A program made the position numbers and the translations under genes. The notes under the pieces are model-generated. The model worked only from the letters and a program-made list of their open reading frames with translations, was not told where the DNA came from and searched no databases. DNA of 63,971 nt, counting the filler, from Sluysia triapertura (taxonomy: Eukaryota): NCBI GenBank assembly GCA_046118255.1. It is 4 parts of 4 records of this genome, joined end to end, with 100 filler letters (N's around TTAATTAATTAA, not from the genome) between each part and the next. Parts side by side here need not be neighbours in the genome. Positions count along the whole stretch, not along the records: positions 1 to 12,239 come from JBJNIA010126520.1; positions 12,340 to 40,265 come from JBJNIA010011095.1; 2 more parts are not named here. One strand, written 5' to 3'. Below are positions 1-14,737 of this stretch, in pieces. Within the stretch, counting starts at the first letter, position 1. Each line of letters opens with the position of its first letter.

Positions 1-70
<70 letters not shown>
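1..70. repeat. (AAT)n microsatellite; similar tracts at ~2865-2927, 8934-8999, 28437-28494, 44213-44265, 44890-44957, 52442-52474, 53127-53196 and 63923-63971
   Basis: Perfect trinucleotide repeats read directly from the sequence. Confidence 0.97.
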
Positions 71-73
<3 letters not shown>

Positions 74-2876
74 TGATTTAGTCAATAAGTTTCTTACGGC
101 CAATTGTAAAAAGAAAAACAATTTTATCCAGAATTATTTGCTCATATTTACGTATTGTCACATTTATTAAACCTTCTTTATTAAGACCATCTATAAATAA
201 CAATAATTTACTTTTGGTTTACCAGAATTCCTAATTGTTTCAGTTATTTTAGAAGACCTATTTAGTTAATGTTATTGTTATCAAAACTCTTATTCTCTTT
301 ATCGTATTAGCGTAGATTATGACACCATCATTCTCTTTCCGATATTAAAATTTTTATTAGTCTCTTCTCACTCATTAATATCTATTTTCATTAATATTCA
401 TTTCTCGAACATAAAACATATAAAAATAGATCAGATCTATCTTCATACAAGCAGTAGTTAATGAATCAAATAATATCTGATAAAAATAGCACTGTTATAT
501 CGATTTTTCAAACATCAGTCTACCTAGTCGATCTTTTTAGTTTTTATATTACGCTATTTGTTTTTGCAATGGTGTTTTACATTTAATTCCTTTAAGTATT
601 AATATTTACTCTACTATTCTCGATAACTATCCTTCGTGGGATTCTCTACGACTAAATTGTTCAAATGTTGTACTAAGTTATTCATTTGTTTCATTAATTT
701 TGATAAAAAATTGACCTTCATTTTCTGTCTCCAAAAATCGTTTCCGTGAACATTCTATCGAGATTTAATCTTCCATAGTTGCCGAAATTCTCAGCGATTT
801 TACTATTTTGATTGTTATACAGAACCTATCATTTGCTTAATTCCGTTTAATGTTTTCTTTTGTCTAATGAAATTGGGACTTTTGACAGATTACCTTAAAT
901 ATTTTATTTCCTCTAGGTACTCGCTTAATGTGAAATGAATAGTCCTACGATTTGGATTCTAATATTAATTTTATCCATTATCTTACATAATGACACTAAA
1001 GGCATGTTGTAGTGAATTCAAGCTAGAAACGCAACCTTCATAAACGAAATTATAAACAAACTCAAGAAAATAAAATACTATAACATATTTAAAACAAACA
1101 AACTTCAATATAACAATAACAAAATCAATAAATAATAAGCAAAAACCAGAAACATTAGTAACACAATACTGAACAAATTCTCACAATAATAATAGTACGT
1201 GTTTAATCACAATCTAAAATTTAATATCGTTATTACAATTGTGAGCATTATTATCATCATATTGTTGCAGTTCTTTTTATCATTCTATTTTTATTACTTT
1301 CACGTAAATTACATTCTAATTATTTGAGTTATACCAATGAAGCAATTGTTCTAAAAATAATCCTTTATTCAGAAAATCAAGTGCTAAAAGAAATGTTATT
1401 ATTTCTAAAATTACAATTATTATATTTAATAAATTATAATTATTAAACATATTAATGAATAATATTTTAAAAGATGTTTATTGAATTCTATATCTTTATT
1501 CTATGAATATAGTTTCATTCGACAATTTTCTTATCTTACAGATATTTTATATCTTTTTCTACATTTACACACACAAAAATCATTTTTGTGCTTTTGGAAT
1601 TTTATTCTCGGGAATATTTGTTAATTTAATACAAAATTCATATCAATTAATATTAAGTATATAATTAATTGTTGTCAAATTTATTGTAATTACTTATGTA
1701 TAAATATAAATATAAATTAAATATAAATAATAAATCAAAATATATAAAATATATATTTTTATTATTAAATTATGATTAGTAAATTTGCATTTGAATGTTA
1801 TTTTAAGAATTTTGCTTCTCTCACCATAGCAAATTAAGATAGTTTTATGAAGGTTAATTAAAACATAATCATTAAAACATCAATGTCATTTTACAAAACA
1901 AATGTCAAATACAAAACAAAACCGGTATTGATTGAAGTTTTGTGCGCATTTTACTTATTAATAAGTTAAGTTGAATAATTTTATCTTAAATTCGCTAAAA
2001 TAAACATTTATATATTTTATTGGATTTGAAAATTAAATTTTAACATCATTGCCAAAATAAACAAATTAATAAAAAAAGTAGTAGTAAATATACTTGGGTT
2101 TAAAAATTTTTTTGTATCTTTAATATTTAAAGTTTAATTTATGTATTTATATCAGCAAATTAATTTTAAGAATTTTTTAATGAAGCTATTGTACTATACC
2201 ATGTATAAAAATACAAAATAAAAGGAAAATTATTTCATACAGTGTTTCTTCCTTTATCTACTTAGACCTTTTATTATTATTGTATTATTTAATTATCGTT
2301 ATCATTATTATTATTATTAATTATTGTTATTATCATTTACAATTATAAGTACATATTAAAAAATTATAAAATAATCTTAATTATAAAATAAAATATTGAT
2401 TTACAATTACACTTACGATTACACCTAAATGCTTTTTAGTTGATGAAAATATACTTATAAAATAATGATTAAAAAAGTAAAATTTATAAGTAAAATTTAA
2501 AAATCAATAAAAAGTTTAATTTTAATAGTACGATAATAGTATCTTCTGCAATGAAACATTTTCTTTTCGTTTTATAATAATTATTTAAAAATACATACTT
2601 AATACATTTTAGTGCATAATTAAAATGTATCTTAAGAAAAGCATCCAGATTTAAGCATGACACCTTACACGCTTTTGCAGAGAAAAGTTTGAGTCCATAT
2701 TTTGTCAACAAACACATTTTTCCATTTTTAATGAGTATTTATCTTATTGTTATTATATTAATACTATTATTATTATTTTCATTATTATTGTTATCAGTAT
2801 TATTCTTATATTATTATCTTTATTATTATTGATATTATTAATATTATTACTAGCTTACAATCGTTTATTATTATTA

Positions 2877-2926
<50 letters not shown>

Positions 2927-4573
2927 GTGATCCAAACTTTTTTAAAATTTCAACAAATATAACACAACAACAAATTCAAACTTTTAAAAAATAAATCACA
3001 ATAATAATAATAATAATTTATTAAATTATTTAAAAACATAAATTAGTGTTTGTAATTTAATTTTGTCTCAGTAAATATTTTTGTAATTCTATATATATAA
3101 AAACTATTTATTTCGTGTTTTTTTGGATTGAATATTTTCATATTGAATTAAATTATTTAATTCCAACGTCTGATTTTAATTTTGTTTAATAATGGCAAAA
3201 TTTGATTAATTGAAATATTTTCAAGAAATTAATTTTGTTAAAATTTAAAATTTTGAAAAAATGATTTCTCATAATAAAAATAATACTAATGATTTCGTCA
3301 AACAGTTTTAAAACAATTTCAAATAATAAGTTTCTTTTTTACTTTCAGAAAATAATTCAACTATTAATTTATTGTTTTTTTTCTTAATTTATAAATTTGT
3401 TAATAGTGAAATTAGCATTAATTTTTAATAATTTTTATTTTATTTTGCATTATACTTAACATTAATTTTTTCGCATATGTTAATATTTTAAAAGTTAAAA
3501 ATTACGGACCAAATTTATTTTTATGAGCATCATTTGTGTAGATAGAGATGAACATTTAAAAATATATTCTTTTAAATAAAAACGACATTTTGTACAGTTT
3601 ATTTGAGAAATAAGAGAATATTACAAAGCAATTTTATATAATATAGAATAAACAAATCAATTTAAACTGTATAACAGATATAAGTAGTAAATTAATATTA
3701 ATAATACTGTATATTTAATCATATTTCTTTTTGGTGGACTACTTAATTTTCGAAAATTATTTATAAAATACATACTAGTTGAAATAGTCAGTAATACAAT
3801 TTAATTTAATTTACCCTAATTAAAAGCTAGACTGATATAAGATTTGAATTTTAAATTTTCTTTTTTTAATTTTTGTCGTTTATTCACAAACGAGTAATAA
3901 ACTACATTTAATATTCCAACAAATGTGATGTCTCATTTAATAATCTACAATTTTATTTCCACAACAACACATAATCACCTGATAACTCAAAATATCTACA
4001 AATTTTTATTCCTAATCAACTTAAATTTTAATCTAATTCATTAAATTCACTTCGTAATTACACGTTTTTAGATTATTGCATATTCTGTTTGACAATATCT
4101 ATTCAACTATTTATTTCTCAGTGTTACTCATTAAAGTATTTTGGTTACAAGTCATTCAATTTTAATGTTTGTAATAAATCATATTAAACTGAAATAAATT
4201 CTTTGGTCTCAAATAAATTTGTCTTAAAGCTGAAATAAACCTTAGCCATTCTTATAAACAATTCAGTGTTATAAATGTTTTAACATAACTTTTCTATATA
4301 ATGACAGATAAAGAACTAAAAATATTACTTAAAATGTGATTTCATAAAATTAATTTTCTACTAATTTTCTACCACTAATATTAGTTTTTATATAGTTTTC
4401 AATTAATTCTTCATCAAAAAACTATCAATTATTATTGTAACTTACACTAAAGACGCGTTGACAAACACAATTTCAAATTTGATAATGTTGACGATCATAT
4501 CATGATTCATAACATTATTATCTTTCTTAATATTTTGTTAAGTTACATAGTAACATCACCTTTAGTATGTTTC

Positions 4574-5395
4574 TGTAGTTTTTCTTAACTTTTAACCCAC
4601 GGCAAAATAAAATTGAGCAGGGTCTGATGTCTTAAAGATGGCGTCTCTGTAACTAACACAAGTTAATTATAATGTCAAAAACTTAATTAAATTAGATGGT
4701 CTATTCAAATACTTATTTATCAATCGATCCAATTAAAATAAGAAATCAAGTAAATATGTACGTATTAATGAATTAACAAAAATTAGCTTATTCCAAACAG
4801 TTATAAAAAGAATACTTTTGATTTTATGATCAAAACCCTGAGAGTCTTTGATCTTTCTAATTTATTTTAAATTTAATTTAAAAAGTTCCCCTCATTAGAT
4901 CGGGGCTGTGAAATTTCCTTAATCTTATTTTTCCTTTATTTTAAGTTTCAATTTTAAAATTAATATAATATAATTAATTAATATAAAAATAATTAATATA
5001 ATTTCCGAGATTTTCCTGTACCAAATCGTAGAGCTGTATCCGCTCTTGATATACCGTGAATAATTTGCTGATTGTGATAATTAATGGTGATAAATTGTTG
5101 TGACAAATTATTATGCTAAAGAATTGATAAATGACTGAGATAACTAATTGTAATAAATAATTGTGTAATTAAATGAACTGATACCAGTTTATATACTAGT
5201 CATCAGCCAATAGAAATCGATGGAATGTTCTATAACATTTTATAAACTTCTATTCTATTTTTAGAAGCTTATTTTCTTTTTTGGACAATAAATGTTTTTT
5301 AGTTGTTTGGAAGCTTTTAAATATTTTTAAAATGGTTTTTAAAAGTTTTAATAATGTTTTAGATAATTTTAAATGGTAGTGATGGCAACCTAATA
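4574..5395 (+). mobile_element. Solo-LTR-like repeat, family A, copy 1
   Basis: Starts TGTAGTTTTTCTTAAC and ends GATGGCAACCTAATA. The same start and end motifs occur at 13816-14694 and 47741-48583 (inverted); partial copies end at 11051 and lie at 12340-12411. Consensus termini are TG...CA and length is ~0.85 kb. No clean target-site duplication (TSD). Confidence 0.65.
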
Positions 5396-5651
5396 ATGTC
5401 ATTCTATGACATTAACCACAATCTTCTTAAAATAACTATTTTACGAGCCTTCTCTGTTCACACATCTTAGACATCTTACATTCTATCACAAACCTATAAC
5501 CAAAAAATTTACTAAAAAATGAAATAAATATTAATTTATTATAATAATTTTTATATATTAGCAAAGTATAAAATCAAGATTACAGTCATAAACAAAAAAA
5601 TTTTATGTTCCTTATGAATTAAATCAAAGAATTTGTAAAAGAACTCATTAA

Positions 5652-7653
5652 TCCTTTCAGGACGCTATTCGTTAACAGACAGGAATTTTTCAGAGATCTT
5701 TATAGCAAATTAAAAATAATGACAAGGGCTTTTATTTGATATCAAAATATGTTGTATTCCTGAAAGGATAAACATTCTTGTGCGAAAGAAAGATAAAAAT
5801 TAGAAAAACAGTTATAATGGCCGTAGAGCGTTCGTTTTAGTAATATGGATTAAATTGTAATGATTTAAAAATTTATTAATACTTAAATTAAAAAGAAAAC
5901 GGGACTTAAGGTCCTGGATTAAATCATTTAAAATAATGATCATTATGGAACTGCAATTTATAGAAATTTTAATAAAAACTTTAAAATAATAACTATAATT
6001 GTAAAAATAAAAGAGAATAATTGAAACGATCATGTATTGAAGCGACAGGATGGATAAAAAGGTTAAAATAACTAAAACCAGTCAACTCAAATCGAGTTTC
6101 GAGCTGACTACTAATAAAAAATTGACTAGCTTGAGATGTATTGCAAGCAATTTGTACCGGGAAATCGCTATTTCCATCCACTTGAAGTAAATCTCCATCA
6201 TAGGTCAGCAAAAATTTGACTAGTAAGGGTTGATTGATCGTAGATGCTGTATGTTATAGCGTAGTCTGTCGAAATGAATAGATGGCAGATAACGACTGGT
6301 TTCGAGAAATTCAGTTCTGATACAGGCATGTAACTGTTCATCAAGAATTTAAACAGATACACTTCGCAGTTTTCTAAAATAAGGATTTACTAAATTTTGA
6401 TTGATTATACTTTGAATTTTTACAATTTCTTTCATAATTATCATTTTCTGTATTTAAATAATTTATTATTGTATCAACGCATTCTCTCAAATTATCATTA
6501 CAGCTTAGATACTGTGATCCTTCTACTGCTTTCTTTAAAGACGTGCTTGTGCATACATTAGGACCTTATATTTTTTTATGAAATATATATTGAGTTTTAC
6601 GCCATTTTGATTTAATTAAATATTTAATTCGACTCGTGAGAAGTCCTGATTGATGATGGACACTACTACAATTTCCGCATAACATTAATACAAGTTGAAA
6701 GTGCGACACCTCGCAGCAAAATTTGACAACATCTTGCATAATTCTACAAAAAGGTTGTTTAAAGATATATTACAACATATTGTACAAGTTTTGTATAAGG
6801 AATTCCAGATAAACTTTATCGCTTGATAAAAATTTCTCTATGATTTTGAAATTCGCATACATAAAGTAAATTTTCAAAATTTTCAAATACTCATAAAAAG
6901 TGAGATATTTAAACAAAAAAACTTTAAAATCAAAACTTATTTTTACCAACATAAATCACATAAACTTTTCTGATATACATTATCTTTAAAAACTTTTACA
7001 TTTTCAAAATATAAATATTTACTTAATAATTTAAAATTTCAGACGTGCTGCCAAGGAGGACAAAGAAAGTGATATCAGCATGAAAAAATATAATTAATTT
7101 ATAAATAATAAAACTTTTATGTGTTAATGATTTAATTACGTGAATTTTGTAAGTTGAGTGAGATTTGATGATGTTATAAGATGAATAAAATGCTTATGAA
7201 TGGGTTTGAAGTAAATTGTATTTATACTTATGTCTATGTTTATTAACGGGTGATTTAACAACAAAAATGATGTGTACACGTGTGACACTACAACAGTCAC
7301 GGTATACAAATTTTTTTACATTTTGGATCTTTCTCTCTTCAATGCATACTGCCTTTACAAGATATAAAATTCGGTAATTATTTCACTTATAGACTTCAAG
7401 AAAGAACTAATTACAAAAGTTTGAAACCCCAAAAGAAATACTGAGAGGAAATCATTTTAGGTTGAGTGGGAGGCTTTTTCCTTATCAAAAATTCTCAAAA
7501 AGTCTGTATTATATGTAGTGGAAGTAAAAGAGAAAGAAATTTATACATAAAATTATTGTAATATTGGGTTATGTTTGCCCGACTGTTTCACCATATATCA
7601 TACGAAAAACTTTTAGATTAATAAAAATTGCATTTCTGACCGTTCCGAAATGG
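5652..7653 (+). mobile_element. Decayed piggyBac-like DNA transposon
   Basis: TTAA at 5648-5651 and 7654-7657 flank imperfect TIRs (TCCTTTCAGGACG vs reverse complement CCATTTCGGAACG). Broken transposase C-terminus at ~7300-7616: FYILDLSLFNAYCLYK...LIDFKKELI and a Cys-rich tail CIIC...CNIGLCLPDCFTIYHT. Confidence 0.75.
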
Positions 7654-8933
7654 TTAAAGAAAATAAAATGATTATACGAAGTTATGTAACATAATATATG
7701 TAGAAGAAAATTAACTTTTCGTAAAAAAATTAATTTTTTAGTATTATTATTTTAATATGTAATTTTAATTATGCCAGAACACCGTTTATTATCTTTTGCG
7801 ATACATTAATTAATTTAATAAAACAAAAATGTTTTTAGGGGTTTTGTAAAAGCGAATGAAAGGTTTGTTGGTTTATTCAGTGAATACTGGATTTGAGATT
7901 TAACGAAGATAAGTTGAAAGTTTATTAAAATATTGAATGTATCATTAGTTGTGCATTTAGCAGATGCATTAGATTTTTTTATAATTAATAAATTATTAGT
8001 ATTATTTATTACGTAAACGAGCAGAAACTCGAAAATAATATTAAACAAAACATTTTTGTTACCGGAAGTTTAGGAGGATGAATTTCCATTTTAGAAAAAG
8101 ACAAGTAAAACGAAGTTATTTTATCTACAAAACATGTAAGAAAATAATGTAAAAGAATATAGTAAAGAATTCGTCTTACTTTATATCTACCGATTGTTTC
8201 TGGCTTGATTCTACCTAGTTTGTAGAAATCGTCATTGTCTTCATCGTTATAGACATCATTGAACTTGAGAATGGTCATGAGCATTGCTTGAGTTGTAGAA
8301 ATAGGCATTATTTTTATCCTTACAGACACCGTTAAATTTGGATTTGTCTTGAGTATTACTTGAGTGGTAGGAATCATTATTATTTTAATCTTTATAAGCA
8401 ACGTTGAACTTGTATCTGTCATGAGTACTTTGGTTGAATGAGTGATTTCTGACCCTCATTGCTCAGTTTGTTTGTTCCATTTTGAATTTTTTTAGCTGAT
8501 GTTCCCCATATTATTTTTCTAATTTTTTTAGTTTAGTATATATATATATATTTCAAAACAAATATTTTTAGTTTGGTTTATATTTTTGACCACCATGATT
8601 TTTTGCTCTTTTCATTTTTGTATACTATACATGCACACATACTAATACTTTTCTTGCAACATATACTGTGTGTAGTCTTTCAGTGCCAATTTGGTATGTA
8701 CTACTATCTAGCCAATCTTTTTTCTCTTTTCTAATTTTTTAACTAATACGTAATATGTGCATACTTACTCGCCTTTCTCTCCTCGACATGCACATAATCT
8801 TCACCAATACATAATATGAATTGCCAAAGAAATGTGAAGTGGATTTAAGATAGCCATTTAAAATTTTGTTACTAGATTAGATTAGCCCATAATCTAATAG
8901 TTAGTCATATTGGCTTGATTCATATGAAACAAA

Positions 8934-8999
<66 letters not shown>

Positions 9000-9420
9000 G
9001 AGCTCTCTATAGGTTTAGCATTTTCTATCTTTTCTTCGACTATGACAGTTTGTGCTTTTTCCTTTGTTATTGCCTTATCGTCTTTATAGTTCATAATTTC
9101 ACCAATTTTAATTGTACTCGAAATCTTTTTATTTGATTTTTCATTTAGAGCCAACATCCCTTTTAAATCATAATCTTGTATATTTTCAGAAGACTGTTGA
9201 ACATTTGTTAAATATTTAGGCTTATTTGGAATACTCTTGTCGCAAAAACTTGATAATTTTGTGAAATTTTAATTCTGGAGCTTTCAATTTCATTTCGAAT
9301 ATCTAATGTATTTATAATTTGGAAATTTTTATTAACTTGAGTTTCGTTAGAAAATTCAGATATTAAACATCTGCATTCTGAGTTTTATTTTGTTTTGTTT
9401 AGCCTGTTCAGTTGTAGAAG

Positions 9421-10480
9421 AAAAGGATAAAGTGTAGAAGCAGAGCATGAAAACATCTAGAGCATCCGGGTATCTTATTAAGTATTTATAATCATATTTA
9501 AACCTTTAAACTTAGAATAAAATAAGTTCAAATAAATAAATAAATAATTAATTAATTAATTAATTTAAATCTTAATTTAACTTAAGTAAGAAAAATTACG
9601 TTTGTGTGTGATTAAGTTTTGAATGAGTGTGCTTTAAAGAGATCTTCTGATGAAGATAAGGTTGACTGACTTCATGCCTCCATGTCGAGCAAAGTCGAAT
9701 TTTAATTAATTTTTAATTAAAAAATGCTGAAATTTTCATATTTAGAATGATGAAAAGGTAATGAATCGAATATGAAATGACTGGTATGAAAGAGAAGAAT
9801 CCGAAATTAAGTTTGAAATATTTGTGAAATGGTTTGGGAGTGAGAACCTTAAACATTTTCCATTAGAATTTTTTATGTTTTTTAAATGCTTTTTATGTTT
9901 TACTTGACAGGTCATACCATATAAATGTCAAAGTCGTTTTAGTGAGTTTAATCTTTAAAAGTGGTTTTGATTATTTGTGAGTTTGAGAGTGATTGGACGA
10001 TAGAGAGGTATAAAAGCGAATTGAAAGATAGATCCATGATTATGGTAAATTTTTATTATTATTGTTGAATAATTTGTGGGGGAGAAATTTATTAAGAAAG
10101 CTTTAAATTGATTTTATTTGATTTTTGGGAGACTCCATGCCCAAATTATTTTGAAGAATTTTTAAGTATTTAATTATTATTTTTCAAATTAAGCTAGTGT
10201 TAAACTGATTTTAACTGAATTTTTGGAGATTCCATGACCAAATTATTTTATAGCTTTTTGGTTATTAAGTTAGAATAGTATTATTCGACAAGATATAAAT
10301 ATTATTATTGATTTCAATTTCTTCAAATATTGTTATTTTAATTTTTGTTGTTTGTTGCGTCATCTCTTGTTTTTTTTGTGGTCTTAACATTGTCACAAAT
10401 ATTATTTTTAACTTTGAAATATAGTTATTTTTCATTTAGTTTTCTTGTATTACTTTTCAAGCAGAAACTTATAATAACAA
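9421..10480. repeat. Dispersed repeat family C (probably LTR-element derived); related copy at ~31841-32330 and an inverted portion at ~32580-32820
   Basis: Shared blocks GAAAACATCTAGA, AAACCTTTAAAC, AAGAAAAATTACGTTT, GAGCAAAGTC and TTAGAATGATGAAAA. TTTTTGGGAG...CCAAATTA at ~10122 is the reverse complement of ~32768-32793. Boundaries are approximate. Confidence 0.6.
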
Positions 10481-10599
10481 CTGGTATTTGATTTTGTAAT
10501 TATTATATTATTGACTTATTGTTATTAATTTAATTAATTAAATGAAATGAAATAAATGAGATTTTTAGTTAGATTTTAATATTCCAAAAATAACTTACT

Positions 10600-11051
10600 A
10601 AATAATCAATGGAACAATGTTGGTTGATCCACTAAAATTGATCACAGTTGATAATTTTGTCCCCAAATCGTCAAATATTCTTGTATCGGTAATTTGTACT
10701 TAATTACCAAAGCTTTTCTAATAATTGGTATAAATTGGATGTTGATCTTCTGGAAAATGACAATTGTCAAAAAACAAATTTTCTACTGAAAACTCGTGTT
10801 TCTTAAATCGTGTTAATAAATTGTGAAAAGAAATTAAAGTGAGAATTGATTGAATTTTTTAGAAAACTCTAGAATGTTCTAGAAAGTAGTATTTTCTTTT
10901 TGCGAGAAGTTCCTATTTTCGAAAATAAGTTTTCTTTTTCGAAAAGTAATTTCTTTCTTAGAAAACATTTTTCTTTTAAGGAATTTAATAGTTTTAATAG
11001 CTTTTTTGTATTAATTTATTGATTTTAAAGGGTTGTGATGACAACCTAACA
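10600..11051 (+). mobile_element. Partial family A LTR-like repeat (3' part)
   Basis: Ends AAAGGGTTGTGATGACAACCTAACA like the other family A copies and has the internal TTCTAGAA/TTATTTTCTTTT block. The 5' boundary is approximate. Confidence 0.55.
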
Positions 11052-11833
11052 ATACTATCTTGCAAATTTAAACAAATATACATTTATTACATCTGCAAGA
11101 GGCATTTATTTTATCTTTGTTCAGATTGTAATTAGTAACCTTTGTAATATCATATTTAATTTTATGCATTTTTCACTATCAGATATTTTTAAATTAAATT
11201 TTATTTTATGAATTTGTGTGATAAAGTGAAAGTTTTTGCGGTTTCGAATATTTATTTGTGATAATTTTGGATTACATTAGTAGAGATAGTTGAATTAGAT
11301 ATAGAAATTTAACTAAAGTTTTGTACTTTCGATAGGAAGTAGATCAATGCAGAAATGTTTTGCATAAACATAGCATTTTACTTAGAGTATAAAAATTATA
11401 AATCGAAGTAAACTATCTATAGCAACGAATATATCTATAAGTCATGATGAACTTATTTTTCTGAGCACATATGTTCGTCTAAAGACCAAAATGAGCTTCA
11501 TATTAACTTTATGTCAGTTTAACATTAAATTAAAATTTTCTTTATGTAATATTAATACAATGGAAATTTATATGAAGTTATTGGTGACAGATACTATTTG
11601 GATATTGTAAAATCTCAAAAAGTATAAATATATTCATATAGTGGGCCAACACCACACAGTTCATCAATTGTGCTTACAAAATTTAAATATCCATAAATTC
11701 ATTCAAAACCGTAATTTAGCTGCAATAATTAAAGAACAATCTCCAAATTTCAGTAAAACTTTAGATGTATCTTTATTTCGTGTCAATTTCATGATAATTA
11801 CCATTACCATTTGAAGTTATATAAATATTTCAG

Positions 11834-11987
11834 ATTATTATGGAATGCTTCAATTTTTATCCAAATAACAAATACTATTAAAGATAAAGAAGAACATAAG
11901 AGTTATAACTCATGGTATAAAAATGAACTAAACATCATTGAGGAATCAAAACAAAGTATTATGATGAATTGTGATAACAAAATAAGT
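11834..11987 (+). CDS. Putative exon encoding the N-terminal strands of an Ig-like domain
   Basis: tttcag acceptor and open frame ...NELNIIEESKQSIMMNCDNKIS, then a phase-0 gtataa donor. This would join the phase-0 exon at 13331 (VIW...), but the link crosses an N gap. Confidence 0.35.
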
Positions 11988-12239
11988 GTATAAAATATTT
12001 GAATCAAAATGAAAAAATGAAAGACACAAAGAAATAACTCTTTAGAAGGTTTAAAATATTAAAGTGCATTTGTTAATTAATTTAATTAAAATTTGTTTAA
12101 TTTAATAATTTAGAAAAAAATGTCTGAACATGATAAAATAACATTAGAATTAGTGTGTAATGATGAATTTTATTAGTATTCCTAATTCTTAAATTTTAAT
12201 TAGTTTTTATAATTTAAAACTAAAGTTAAATAGGTTTCT

Positions 12240-12339
12240 NNNNNNNNNNNNNNNNNNNNNNNNNNNNNNNNNNNNNNNNNNNNTTAATTAATTAANNNNN
12301 NNNNNNNNNNNNNNNNNNNNNNNNNNNNNNNNNNNNNNN
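12240..12339. other. Assembly gap with artificial TTAATTAATTAA linker
   Basis: N run, 12-nt six-frame-stop linker, N run; the same construct occurs at 40266-40365 and 53197-53296. Confidence 0.97.
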
Positions 12340-13330
12340 TGTAAGACGCTTACTGTAACCGAACCCTGCTAAAAAATATTTTGCCGTAGGTTAAGTGTTA
12401 GAAAAACCACAGCAATAAATATATAAGCAAAATTGTAGCTTGACAGTCAAGGACCTTAATGTATAACTTTAGTCAAATGAAAATTCAAATATTGAAATAA
12501 TTTTTAACGAAGAATTTATACAAATTAAAATATTAATATTATTAGACCGCAAAAGAAGGATCAATAAGTAAGATTTATGCTATTATTGTGGTTCTATAAT
12601 AATACATTCTTCTTCATATTCGTATTCGAAATTATATTATGTGATATTTATATATTTGTTAAAAATATTTGAATGTGATAAGCACAACTTGTAGTCGCTT
12701 ACATTGCCAATTGGCACGTGTGCAATACTGATACACACAATAATTGATTAATGTTTAATTTTAATCTGGTTAAGAATTTATTTGTAATAACTGTTTTCGT
12801 GAATTACACAATAACTGGTAGGCATTGCTTATAAATTATATTGTGTGTGCCCAATAATGAAAATTGTTTACGTTATATAAGTCTATGTTTTATAATGTTT
12901 TATTATTACATTTATTTATGTATTTTATAGTTCCACGTAATATTTTCTTTGTTAAACTGATATTTTACTGTCACTGTGATTTTATTGTCGCAGCCGCCAT
13001 ATTTCGATTTCTAAGCTTTTTAATTTTGAAAAAAAGAAAGTTTTTGGAAGTAAAGTCTAGACTGCTGTGTATAAAACATTTAATTTCCGATTTTCATTCT
13101 AAATTTAGTTCTGATTTACATTTTTTTTCATTTAATTTTTCAATTAAAAATACTGAAGTAATTTAAGGATATAAAAGTGTCTTTTAATAAATTTAATGAC
13201 TCATGATTTATTTTTGATTTATAAAATTAAAAATATGTACAAACATAGTTACTGCGGCACTGTTTGTTTTTCAAATGAAGATTATTAATTGCTCATTGTT
13301 AATATTAATTGAAATGCACGGTATTTTTAG

Positions 13331-13529
13331 GTAATATGGACGTTTAATAATCAAATTATTAATGTGAACGATAAATTGTCCACATTTGGAAATGTCAACA
13401 GATTTGGACGTCTAGATACTCTTTCGGTAAGTATCTTATTACTTCTTAGTATGGATATTGACAATGAAGGTTCTTACAAATGTTTGAAGGGAAATGAAGT
13501 ACTAGAAGCGAATCTGATAATGGAACAAG
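13331..13529 (+). CDS. Exon encoding the C-terminal half of an immunoglobulin-like domain
   Basis: tttttag acceptor and gttaat donor. Stop-free translation VIWTFNNQII...SVSILLLLSMDIDNEGSYKCLKGNEVLEANLIMEQ contains the C-strand Trp and a (D/N)xGxYxC tyrosine-corner motif. Confidence 0.6.
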
Positions 13530-13815
13530 GTTAATTTAATTTATATTGCTGTTTTAAATAGATTTTTCTATAATTTCAGATTTTATATTGTTAGAAATCA
13601 GAGATTGGAAAACCTCTTAGGAAAGTGGGCTATTTTCATAAGTCTTGATCATGTTTTTTCATACTCTGGTGTTACCTTTAATATTCAAAGTATATAATTT
13701 CCGATATCTATCTTGAACAAATAAATAACTTTTATTAATGTAGTAATAAATTTAGTAAAATATTATATTAATAAAACAATTCAAGTTTAAAGAAAATTTA
13801 TTTTTACAGTTTCGT

Positions 13816-14694
13816 TGTAGTTTCTTAACTCTTAACCTATGGCAAAATAAATTTTAGCTGGATCTTGTTACAGTAAACGACTTGCAACGGAAAGTGGGCG
13901 TTCCTGTAACTAAAAAATAACTATCACTAAAATGCAACCTTCGATTCTTTACTCATTAATGCGCTTTATATGTCTTAACTTATCTCATTTACTTTATTCT
14001 TGATTAATGAAATGATTTTAATTGATTTAATTACTCGTGATTTATTTTTATTAGCAGATTGTCTTAATGTGATATAGTTTTTAATATTTACGTTACACCT
14101 TAGTTACTTTGATAAAATGATTACAAATCCTCCAACTGAGTAGTTACAAGCAACAAAAAACACGAATGTTAATGTGATTTAAATTTTTCTTAAAAATGGT
14201 TAATTAATTTCGAATTATGACTAATAATAAAGCAACAGTTAAATAAAGTAATAAAAATGAAATAATTTAAAATTAAAGCATTGTTTTGGCCTTTAATTTA
14301 TTGTTTTTTTATAATTTTAGAATTAGATTTTGCCCCTTATTAAATCAGGGTTAAAAGCATTTAACAAAAAGATTTTTAGTAAATTTTAAAGTTTTAACAT
14401 ACAAAGTTAAAACTACCTTAATAAAATAACTTACCAAAACATCTAATTCCTGCAAAATTATTTTCCTTGTCTCAATAACTAAATAAACCGTGTCTGATAA
14501 ACGTAGAACGGAATAATTGTATAACTATGATTGCTGTGTTTTTATGATTAACTGTAGCTATATATACCAGCTAGCAACCATTCATAAACAAATGGAATTT
14601 TCTAGAATATTCTTTTTCTCTTTTAGAAAACTTATTTTCTTTTTTCGAAAATTACCTTTTTAAATTTTTTAAAGGGTGTAATGACAACTTAAGA
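13816..14694 (+). mobile_element. Solo-LTR-like repeat, family A, copy 2
   Basis: TGTAGTTTCTTAACTCTTAACCTATGGCAAAATA...AAAGGGTGTAATGACAACTTAAGA; colinear with 4574-5395. Confidence 0.65.
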
Positions 14695-14737
14695 GCTTGA
14701 AAAAATAAAGATAAGTTCAAACTTTTTTAAATAATAC

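Noticed and set aside
8009-8422. 137-aa Thr-rich ORF
   Set aside because: Low complexity with weak internal TTQ repeats and no recognisable domain or supported exon structure.
8894-9157. Poly-Ile ORF (likewise the poly-Leu ORF at 44659-44958)
   Set aside because: The homopolymer comes from an (AAT)n microsatellite; no family motifs.
12284-12295. TTAATTAATTAA palindrome in the middle of N runs (also in the gaps at 40266-40365 and 53197-53296)
   Set aside because: Identical in all three gaps; an artificial six-frame-stop linker.
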